Source: Vibrio vulnificus CMCP6
Lineage (GTDB): Bacteria; Pseudomonadota; Gammaproteobacteria; Enterobacterales; Vibrionaceae
DNA: 32,000 bases
Reading direction: 5' to 3'
Assembly (NCBI RefSeq): GCF_000039765.1
Contig: NC_004460.2
Coordinates: 360,001-392,000 of the forward strand
Shown here in pieces: positions 16,643-23,964 of this stretch. The notes beneath the pieces were generated by a model, which searched no databases, was not told the DNA's origin, and saw only the letters and a list, made by a program, of their open reading frames with translations. The position numbers were made by a program, and so were the translations under genes. Position 1 is the first letter of the stretch; every line of letters starts with the position of its first letter.

Positions 16643-17277
16643 TGTGCCATCTTAAATTCTATCTTAGTGGTATAGCCGTAAATGGTTTGAGCTTGTCCAT
16701 CCACAATCTGTGGCTGGTAGCGCCAACGCTTAATTGCATCCATCGCATTTCTCTCAAAAAAACGCGCTGGCTGCGCTTCCACCACTTCAATGTTTTTGGT
16801 TCGCCCTGTTTCATCAATATCAAATTTGAGTATGACATAGCCTTCAATACGACGCTTCTTCGCCTTAGCCGGATACACCGCCTCTACCCGACTTAATGGC
16901 ATCAACTGTTTGGTGGTATTGCTGGCGTTTTGCGTCGGCGCACTGACCGTCGCTGGGATAGAAACCGCCAAACCACTGACATTAAAGCGCATATCAATAT
17001 TGGGCGTCGCAACCTGTGTCGACGTCACTTGCATCGGCGTTTGCGTCATTTTCGGCGTTTCCGGTTGTGGCGGCTCAGGGATCTCGGGCGGCGGTGGAAC
17101 ACTACGCTGCCTTCTCGTGACTTCGGTATCCTGCTCTACCATCACCATGTTGAAACTCAGTGAAGGCGTCTGATCGATTGCTTGCTTTTTGCCGCTATTG
17201 ACGAGCAACGCCATGGCGGAAAACAAGGCAAAGACCAGCGCTAACGCCACGGGAAACGCGATCACAAGACGCATCAT
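16639..17277 (-). CDS. tonB2: Energy transducer TonB (TonB2)
   Basis: 212 aa. It has an N-terminal TM anchor, the proline-rich spacer PPPPEIPEPPQPETP, and a C-terminal TonB domain (YPAKAKKRRIEGYVILKFDIDETGRTKNIEVV). Its start overlaps the exbD2 stop (TAATG). Confidence 0.85.
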   Translation of the reverse strand: MMRLVIAFPVALALVFALFSAMALLVNSGKKQAIDQTPSLSFNMVMVEQDTEVTRRQRSVPPPPEIPEPPQPETPKMTQTPMQVTSTQVATPNIDMRFNVSGLAVSIPATVSAPTQNASNTTKQLMPLSRVEAVYPAKAKKRRIEGYVILKFDIDETGRTKNIEVVEAQPARFFERNAMDAIKRWRYQPQIVDGQAQTIYGYTTKIEFKMAQ

Positions 17278-17681
17278 TACGATTTCTCCGCCGCTAATGC
17301 GATGTTTTTCACCCCAGCGGCTTTGGCTGCGTCCATCACTTTAACGACGACGCCGTTGTAGGCGTATTCATCCGCTTGAATCACGAGCGAAGCATCCGGC
17401 TGTTCAAGCAACAGGCGTTCAATGCTCGCTTGTACGCGCTCTACGTCCACCATACGTTTATCGATATAGATGTCATTGGCAGCGGTGATCGCAACGAAAA
17501 TACCCGCATCTTTCTGCGCCGAAACGTTGGCCGCTTGAGGGCGATTCACTTCGACACCAGACTCACGCACAAAGGAGCTCGTGACAATAAAGAAAATCAG
17601 CATGATAAACACAATATCGAGCATTGAAGTTAGGTCAATTTGTGCTTCGTCGCTTTTACTTTGACGTCTGCCTAATCTCAT
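17277..17681 (-). CDS. exbD2: Biopolymer transport protein ExbD/TolR (ExbD2)
   Basis: 134 aa. The sequence INLTSMLDIVFIMLIFFIV carries the conserved Asp in its TM helix. An ATGA overlap links it to the exbB2 stop. Confidence 0.85.
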   Translation of the reverse strand: MRLGRRQSKSDEAQIDLTSMLDIVFIMLIFFIVTSSFVRESGVEVNRPQAANVSAQKDAGIFVAITAANDIYIDKRMVDVERVQASIERLLLEQPDASLVIQADEYAYNGVVVKVMDAAKAAGVKNIALAAEKS

Positions 17682-18244
17682 GAGTCACTCCTCAAAGACT
17701 GCTCTAATTTCACTTCTCGGTTTTGGCACAGTTTTACCAAGCGAGCGTGAACAAACATACCTACTAACGCTGCCACCATGCCCGCCATCGTTGGCAAGGT
17801 GGCCAATGAAATGCCAGAAGCCATGAGCTTTGGATTGCTGCTGCCTTGTGTCGCCATGACATCAAACACGGAGATCATGCCTGTCACGGTGCCAAGTAAA
17901 CCAAGCATCGGGCAAATGGCCACCAGCACTTTGATAAAGGCCAAGTGTTTGAATAACTGCTGATGCGCGTCATCTAACCACGCTTCTCTTTGCGAACGAG
18001 CAAACCATGAAAGGTGATCGTGTCGCATTTGCCATTTTTGCAATGTTTCTGCACGTAAACGAGGGTAAGCACAGTAGATAAACAGCAATTTTTCGATGGT
18101 CAGTAGCCAAAAGATCACCGCGACCGCCGCTAACCACCAGAGCACTTCTCCGCCTTGTTGCATGAAGGAATAGAGCGCATTCCACCATGAAGATGAAGTC
18201 AGTAGTTCTGGCCAAATATCGGAATGAAGGTCCATGATGATCAC
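17678..18244 (-). CDS. exbB2: MotA/TolQ/ExbB proton-channel protein (ExbB2)
   Basis: 188 aa with three TM helices and the motif GLLGTVTGMISVF ... SGISLATLPTMAGMVAAL. The start is GTG at 18244 (GTGA overlap with the ttpC stop) or ATG at 18235. Confidence 0.85.
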   Translation of the reverse strand: MIIMDLHSDIWPELLTSSSWWNALYSFMQQGGEVLWWLAAVAVIFWLLTIEKLLFIYCAYPRLRAETLQKWQMRHDHLSWFARSQREAWLDDAHQQLFKHLAFIKVLVAICPMLGLLGTVTGMISVFDVMATQGSSNPKLMASGISLATLPTMAGMVAALVGMFVHARLVKLCQNREVKLEQSLRSDS

Positions 18245-19608
18245 GCCGCGTTGCCGACTTTATCCATGGTAGGCGTGAGGCTGGGTAACTGCTGCTCTGC
18301 TTGTTGTGCCACCAAACCAATGCCTTGCTTTTCAAGGATGCTGCGAATTTCTTCCGCCCAACCACTGAGCACGTTATGTGCGAGCAACAACGGCATCGCC
18401 GCCACCAAGCCTAGCACGGTGGTGACCAACGCCATCGAGATGCCGCTGGCCATGACTTTTGGATCACCGTTACCAAATTGAGTGATCACTTGGAAGGTTT
18501 CGATCATACCGATCACCGTACCAAGCAGCCCCAACATCGGTGCCAAAGCCGCCAACAATTTGAGCATCGAAAGCCCTTTTTCAAGCCCGGTCTGCTCATC
18601 CACTATGGTCTCTAACAAGCGCAGTTCTAGAGCTTCGACACTACGTGGCCTGTCTTTGTCATACACCGCAAGCACACGGCCAAGCGGATTATTACCTAAC
18701 TGATTCGGCTGTTTAAGTTGAAGACGAATTTTGCTCTTGGTGGTCAGCAGCAGAATACCGCGATACAAAGCGATAACGAGCCCCACCGCAAGCAAGGCAA
18801 AGATCACTTTGCCAACCACGCCACCCGCTGCAAAGCGATCGGCAAGGCTTGGCGAATGCGCGTATTGCTCGAGCAACACCCCGCGAGTGGGATCAATCAA
18901 CACAGGTGTCATTGAAATCTCGTGCTGTGAACGAAGCGTGTCGAGTGTCGGCGCGCCTTCAGGAAGTTTGGCATAAGGAATCGCAAAACCTTTGTCGCTA
19001 TTCCAGTTAACGAAACCTTGCGGTGCAAGCAAAGCGAAATTCCCCAACGCCATAACATCAGTGGGTTCAACCACACCTTCAGCATTGATAAGCCTTACTT
19101 GAAGCGCTCGCATTTCACCGCTTGCCACAATTTGTTGCTGCATGACATGCCAAAGCGTTTTAAGTTGCGCTATATCGGGCAGCGATTGTGCCGCGACAAT
19201 TTGATTGACCGTTTCAACTTGTTCTGTTTGTCCAATCGAGGTGACTGCGTCGTTGAGATCGGCTTTGAGTTCTTTCGCGTGCTGGCGAACAACACCAAAT
19301 AACTCGCCAAGCGAACCCGTTTCGACACGAAGCTCTTCTTCTAAGTGTGACAAGGTCACTTCGTTATCGCTGAACTGGCTAGAAAGCTGCGCGTTTTTCT
19401 CTTCCAACGTCGATTTTTGCTGTTCCAGTTGGCGTTTTAACTCGGCCAATTGTTGCTCTTGGCTGAGAAACGCATTTTCACGCTGTTGGTTTTCTGCCTG
19501 TTGTTGGCGGCTTTCTTGCGTTGCTTTTGGCACTAATTGCGTTTGAGCGAATGATGGGAGGCTTAACGAAACGAGTAAAGCGAGTGAGATTAATCGACAT
19601 TTGTTCAT
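18241..19608 (-). CDS. ttpC: TtpC-like protein: large MotA/TolQ/ExbB-family component of TonB2 systems
   Basis: 455 aa. It has a signal peptide, a Gln/Glu-rich coiled coil, and a C-terminal ExbB-like channel domain (LAPMLGLLGTVIGMIETF ... SGISMALVTTVLGLVAAMP). Its start abuts the ttpB stop (TAAATG). Confidence 0.8.
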   Translation of the reverse strand: MNKCRLISLALLVSLSLPSFAQTQLVPKATQESRQQQAENQQRENAFLSQEQQLAELKRQLEQQKSTLEEKNAQLSSQFSDNEVTLSHLEEELRVETGSLGELFGVVRQHAKELKADLNDAVTSIGQTEQVETVNQIVAAQSLPDIAQLKTLWHVMQQQIVASGEMRALQVRLINAEGVVEPTDVMALGNFALLAPQGFVNWNSDKGFAIPYAKLPEGAPTLDTLRSQHEISMTPVLIDPTRGVLLEQYAHSPSLADRFAAGGVVGKVIFALLAVGLVIALYRGILLLTTKSKIRLQLKQPNQLGNNPLGRVLAVYDKDRPRSVEALELRLLETIVDEQTGLEKGLSMLKLLAALAPMLGLLGTVIGMIETFQVITQFGNGDPKVMASGISMALVTTVLGLVAAMPLLLAHNVLSGWAEEIRSILEKQGIGLVAQQAEQQLPSLTPTMDKVGNAA

Positions 19609-20376
19609 TTACTTGGCCTCCGCTGTCGCTAATGCAACGGGCATATTCAACATCGCGGGCGCGACTTTTTGAGCGGCAATATCAAAGGCACGATTGACAT
19701 CTGTGCTAGAAATGGTGGTTAGCGATAACCAGTGACGTTGGTTTTGATCCCAATACCAGAACTGATTGGCATTGAGAGTGCGAGCAATAAGCGACACGCG
19801 ACCAAGATGCAGTTGTTCCACCTCAATCTGCTTACCATCGGCGAGCGTAATAGGAGCTTGGTAAGCAGACAACTTGCTGCCGTAATCCAACTCAATTTGA
19901 TACGCCTCTAGAATGCGGCGAAACTTTTCTGCATCCGCCACATCAGCGCGGACCATCATCTGTTCCAGTTTTTCAATACGCTCTTGGCGTTGCTGCCATT
20001 TGATCGGCATGTCTTGATTGATGGTTGTTTTGAGCGTGTCCAGCATGTCATACATTAGCGGTACAATGCCTTGACGAGTCACTTGAATGTCTTGAATCTG
20101 TTTTGCTAGGCTGCTCTTTTCTTGTTCTTGGTTGGCAATCATGCTGGTCAAGTGACGCTGATAGAGCTCTAGGTTACGAACTTCTTCCTTTAGGATTTCA
20201 ATCTCTGCTTGCAGTAACTGACTTTTATCGGCACTCGCATTTATAACGCTTTGGCTCTTACTGGCCGCGGTATGAGTACGATTTTGAATTTTCTGTGCTT
20301 GTTCAAGGTCGTTACTCATCGCGCCAGAACTTACGGCCCAAAGAAGTAACGCAGCACCTGCTTTATATCCAGACAT
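19609..20376 (-). CDS. ttpB: DUF3450-type periplasmic coiled-coil protein (TtpB-like), first gene of the TonB2 cluster
   Basis: 255 aa with a signal peptide (..LLLWAVSSGAMS) and a long coiled-coil region. Its position upstream of ttpC matches described Vibrio TonB2 clusters. Confidence 0.7.
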   Translation of the reverse strand: MSGYKAGAALLLWAVSSGAMSNDLEQAQKIQNRTHTAASKSQSVINASADKSQLLQAEIEILKEEVRNLELYQRHLTSMIANQEQEKSSLAKQIQDIQVTRQGIVPLMYDMLDTLKTTINQDMPIKWQQRQERIEKLEQMMVRADVADAEKFRRILEAYQIELDYGSKLSAYQAPITLADGKQIEVEQLHLGRVSLIARTLNANQFWYWDQNQRHWLSLTTISSTDVNRAFDIAAQKVAPAMLNMPVALATAEAK

Positions 20377-20417
20377 AGACGTTTTTGTTACCTAAAGTGA
20401 CTACCAAAACAATAAAT

Positions 20418-20436
20418 GATATTTATTCGCATTATC
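20418..20436 (-). promoter_or_regulatory. Fur box upstream of the TonB2 cluster
   Basis: The reverse strand reads GATAATGCGAATAAATATC, matching 15/19 of the consensus GATAATGATAATCATTATC. It lies 42-60 bp upstream of the ttpB ATG and overlaps a possible TTGATA -35 hexamer. Confidence 0.6.
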
Positions 20437-20638
20437 AATGCGGCGCATTGTAACGGAATTTTCTCGCAATACCAAATCGTATGAATAGTAAATCCGTGTT
20501 TATTTTGCCATCTCCAACGTGTTGTCGACCGTTCGGCTGCAGCGGCATGAGTAACGCGAAACCAGTGTCGCGCAATCCTTAGCAAGCGGTACCTAAAAAG
20601 AGCTGCTAAAAACCTGACCTCAATGGTGTACCCGTATT

Positions 20639-21127
20639 TTAAGGCAAAAGTAACTCATCTTCGATTGGGATATATTTGTCTACGACCGCTTGTAGGTTTT
20701 GTGCTGTTAAGCCCGGCACGCCATAAACCGTGACCTTTTTGCCAAACTTTTGCTGAATGCGTTCAACAAGGATTTCAAAATCGCCGTCGCCAGATAATAA
20801 AATGACCTCATCCACCATTGGCGCATGCTCAAAAGCGTCTAACGCGAGGCCCACATCCCAATCCCCTTTTGCACTGCCATCCCAGCGTTGAATAAATGGC
20901 TTCAGTTTTACGTCAAAACCAATACCCCGCAAAATGTGGTGAAACTGACGTTGACCCGGATCCTTACTTGAAATCGCATACGCATGAGCGACCACCACTT
21001 GTTTACCCTGGGTGGCCGACTGCCAAAAACGGTTGTAATCGAAATGTTTGCGGTACTTTTCTTTGCAGGTGTAATAAATATTCTGAACGTCGACAAAAAT
21101 CGCCACTTTACTGGTCATAACACGCAT
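20639..21127 (-). CDS. NYN-domain (LabA/DUF88-like) protein
   Basis: 162 aa. The sequences VAIFVDVQNIYY ... and VILLSGDGDFEILVERIQQKFGKKV are typical of the LabA-like NYN ribonuclease fold. Confidence 0.75.
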   Translation of the reverse strand: MRVMTSKVAIFVDVQNIYYTCKEKYRKHFDYNRFWQSATQGKQVVVAHAYAISSKDPGQRQFHHILRGIGFDVKLKPFIQRWDGSAKGDWDVGLALDAFEHAPMVDEVILLSGDGDFEILVERIQQKFGKKVTVYGVPGLTAQNLQAVVDKYIPIEDELLLP

Positions 21128-21252
21128 TTACTCTCTAAAAAATGTAGCCCTAACCCTATTCGATAGCCGGCGAAAAAGCGAGGCGAAAAACGAAATTAAT
21201 CCATTTAGCTATGCTTACGTATAGTAAGTAAAACATCTTACGAGGGAGCGGT

Positions 21253-21684
21253 ATGCGTTATTGGTCGATCGTCTTAATTTTATTCAGTGCTCTGGCTCAT
21301 TCGTATCCGGCTGATTCCGAAAAATGGCAGCACAGGAGCATTATGTTTTTTGCCCCGTCTCATGATCAGTATGTTCAACAATTTTTGCTGGAAACCCTGA
21401 TGGAGGAGTGCTCTTTGCAGGAACGCGACATCGTTACCTTAGTTATCAAAGAAGATGGCAGTACCGTTCCCGTTTGGGCACAAGACGCCTTTGATTTAAG
21501 TGTACTAAATGCGTTTTATGATATCCCAAAAGGTCAACACACCGGGATTTTGGTCGGCAAAGATGGACGGGAGAAGTTACGTTGGGGCGAAAAAACGGAT
21601 TGGACATTGTTGAAAAAGGTGATTGACCAAATGCCTCTTCGCCAGCAAGAAATGCAGCGGAATCCAAGCCGCTGTGCAATATAA
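21253..21684 (+). CDS. DUF4174-like exported protein
   Basis: 143 aa. GAGGGAG sits upstream as a Shine-Dalgarno. It has signal peptide MRYWSIVLILFSALAHS, and the motifs RSIMFFAP ... GILVGKDGREKLRW resemble DUF4174. The assignment is from memory. Confidence 0.6.
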   Translation: MRYWSIVLILFSALAHSYPADSEKWQHRSIMFFAPSHDQYVQQFLLETLMEECSLQERDIVTLVIKEDGSTVPVWAQDAFDLSVLNAFYDIPKGQHTGILVGKDGREKLRWGEKTDWTLLKKVIDQMPLRQQEMQRNPSRCAI

Positions 21685-21690
21685 AGGACG

Positions 21691-22449
21691 TTAAAACCAC
21701 TTGAGTTTGTCATGCAGCGAAGTCACGCTGCCGACCACGATCAACGCGGGACTGATTGCTTGAGTGGCCAATTCAGGGAGTTGTGTTAGGGTGCCCGTCA
21801 ATACGCGCTGTTCGCGACGGGTGCCATTTTCAATAATCGCGCACGACGTTGACGCATCCAACCCGTTTTCAAGCAATTTCTCCGCGATATAGCGGCACTG
21901 CTTTAACCCCATATAAAACACCAAAGTGTTGTTGGCCTGCGCCAATGATGGCCACTCTATCTCTTTGCCATCTTTTTGAATGTGCCCAGTAATAAACTGC
22001 ACGCTTTGCGCGTGATCTCTGTGGGTAAGTGGAATACCTGCATAGGCCGTTGCCCCCGCCGCTGCGGTGATGCCTGGCACCACTTCGAAACGCACATCAT
22101 GTTCCGCTAACTCTTCAAGCTCTTCTCCACCACGACCGAAGATGAACGAATCGCCCCCTTTCAAGCGAACCACGCGTTTTCCTTCCAACGCTTTTCTCAC
22201 CAGAATTTGGTTGATCTCTTCTTGCGGAACACAATGAAAATCAAGCTTCTTACCCACGTAGATCATTTCCGCCTTTTCGTTGGCTAACGCGAGAATTTCC
22301 GGTGAAACCAAACGATCGTATACCACCACTTCCGCTTGTTGAATCACTCGGTAACCCTTGACCGTGAGCAAATCCGGATCGCCAGGGCCTGCGCCGACAA
22401 GAGAAACAAAGCCTTGATTTTGCAATGAGGATAAAGAAGTTAGCGTCAT
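21691..22449 (-). CDS. cobA: Uroporphyrinogen-III C-methyltransferase (SUMT; CobA / CysG C-terminal domain type)
   Basis: ORF track 21691..22533. I prefer the ATG at 22449, giving [40 protein letters not shown]. It lacks the N-terminal dehydrogenase/ferrochelatase domain of full-length CysG. It is the last gene of the nir operon, as cysG is in E. coli. Confidence 0.85.
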   Translation of the reverse strand: MTLTSLSSLQNQGFVSLVGAGPGDPDLLTVKGYRVIQQAEVVVYDRLVSPEILALANEKAEMIYVGKKLDFHCVPQEEINQILVRKALEGKRVVRLKGGDSFIFGRGGEELEELAEHDVRFEVVPGITAAAGATAYAGIPLTHRDHAQSVQFITGHIQKDGKEIEWPSLAQANNTLVFYMGLKQCRYIAEKLLENGLDASTSCAIIENGTRREQRVLTGTLTQLPELATQAISPALIVVGSVTSLHDKLKWF

Positions 22450-22583
22450 GGTTGAGCCTATTGAATAAATTTGATGATAAAGAGTACCACTCAGCGCCTC
22501 TCTGTGAGGGAAATGTTTACTTTTTATCAGCAAAACGAGTGAATGATGGTTGCTGTGTTGGCGGTTTTCTCAGAGTTGAATCG

Positions 22584-22610
22584 TCGCCCTGAGGGAACAC
22601 CTCAGGGCGA
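22584..22610 (-). other. GC-rich stem-loop in the nirC-cobA spacer
   Basis: TCGCCCTGAG / CTCAGGGCGA forms a 10-bp perfect stem with a 7-nt loop, 7 nt downstream of the nirC stop. No T-run follows on the transcribed strand. Confidence 0.5.
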
Positions 22611-22616
22611 TATGGT

Positions 22617-23474
22617 TTATTTGATGCTCAGCGCAGGTTCTGCATTGATTTCAGTTTGCTTTTCAGTCACATCAATCGCTGGTGCTGTTTTCGCATGAGT
22701 CAGGTACAGTGGAATACAGGTGAACAGCAAGCCGCCTACGATGTTACCAAGAATGGTTGGGATCAGGTTGAAGTTCAACCAAGTCGCGATACCAAAATCC
22801 GCACCCAGCATCATACCTAGCGGGAATAGGAACATGTTCACCACCGCGTGTTCGAAAACCAACGCAAAGAAGATAAAGATAGGTAGCCACATTGCCGCAA
22901 TTTTACCTGCAACGGTACGTGCAGAAAGGTTACCAATCACGCCCAGACACACCATCAAGTTACACAAAATACCGCGCACGAAACAGGTGATCCAGCCGTC
23001 AGCACCTAGGTTTTCAAAACCGACTGTACGAGCAGTGGCAGCCTTGATAAAGGTTTGACCGACCGCATTTGGTTCAACACTGAAGTTCATGGTTAGCGAA
23101 AGCGCAATCAAAAACGCCACAAGCAGTGAACCAATCAAGTTGCCCAGACCAACAAGGCCCCAACAACGTAAGATACGGCCCCAAGTAATACCTGGACGGT
23201 TTTCAAATTTGGCTAACGGTGCAAGACCAAAAACACCTGTCACCAAGTCGTAGCCCATAAGGCTGAGAATACAGAAACCCACAGGGAACACTAACGCGCC
23301 CACAATGCCAATGCCTGTTTGCGTAATGGTGGTAATCGCCACCACAACCGCCAACGACAGAATGATACCTGCCATCATACCGCGTAAAACCAAATCGCGG
23401 GTCGAGGTTTTTACTTTCGCTTCACCAACATCAATCATGGTTTGTACGAATTCTGCAGGTCTTAAGTCAGACAT
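22617..23474 (-). CDS. nirC: Formate/nitrite transporter family protein (nitrite transporter NirC)
   Basis: 285 aa with six TM helices and an FNT-like N-terminus (..TRDLVLRGMMAGIILSLAVV). It sits between nirD and the SUMT gene, as in the E. coli nirBDC-cysG operon. Confidence 0.8.
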   Translation of the reverse strand: MSDLRPAEFVQTMIDVGEAKVKTSTRDLVLRGMMAGIILSLAVVVAITTITQTGIGIVGALVFPVGFCILSLMGYDLVTGVFGLAPLAKFENRPGITWGRILRCWGLVGLGNLIGSLLVAFLIALSLTMNFSVEPNAVGQTFIKAATARTVGFENLGADGWITCFVRGILCNLMVCLGVIGNLSARTVAGKIAAMWLPIFIFFALVFEHAVVNMFLFPLGMMLGADFGIATWLNFNLIPTILGNIVGGLLFTCIPLYLTHAKTAPAIDVTEKQTEINAEPALSIK

Positions 23475-23626
23475 AATGCGTCCCTTTATAAAAGTTAAAA
23501 TTAAAAGTGAAAGATTGAATAGAGAAAGGCTTCCTGTTCTATATCGTCTTTTCCCTACAAAAATCCGTTAAGGGAACAAGAAACCTTTGTGCTATTGAAT
23601 CTCTTACCAGCTTACCTAACGCTTAG

Positions 23627-23950
23627 CTAAGCAGAGATTTCGACAATGCCGTTATTGACGCGCGCTTGGTATGCTTTGATGTTAAAACGTTCATCTTCCA
23701 TACACGCACCGGTTGCCAAGTTAAAGCGCTGCTTTTTCAGTGGACTCGCAACCCAAAGCTCGCCTTTGTGCTCGGCGATCAAACCGCGAGATAACACGTT
23801 TGAGCGCGCAAATGGGTCCATGTTACTGATAGCAAATACCTGCTCTTCTTCACTTGGTCTAAACAGCGCAATTTGCTGCCCATTGACCAAGGCACAAACA
23901 CCCGTACCTGGAATAATGTCGTTAATATCGCATACTTGTTCAAAAGCCAT
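23627..23950 (-). CDS. nirD: NADH-nitrite reductase small subunit NirD
   Basis: 107 aa with a Rieske-like fold lacking cluster ligands (..ICALVNGQQIALFR...PFARSNVLSRGLI...VASPLKKQRFNLATG). It starts 14 nt after the nirB stop. Confidence 0.9.
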   Translation of the reverse strand: MAFEQVCDINDIIPGTGVCALVNGQQIALFRPSEEEQVFAISNMDPFARSNVLSRGLIAEHKGELWVASPLKKQRFNLATGACMEDERFNIKAYQARVNNGIVEISA

Positions 23951-23964
23951 GTTTGCTTCTCCTA

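Noticed and set aside
16910-17173. Plus-strand ORFs (87 aa and 77 aa) antisense to the proline-rich region of tonB2.
   Set aside because: They are Gly/Arg-rich mirror translations of the CCN-rich TonB spacer, so they are artefacts.
20388-20585. 65-aa minus-strand ORF between the NYN gene and ttpB.
   Set aside because: It overlaps the Fur box and promoter region. Its composition is Arg/Trp/His-rich and atypical, and it has no RBS.
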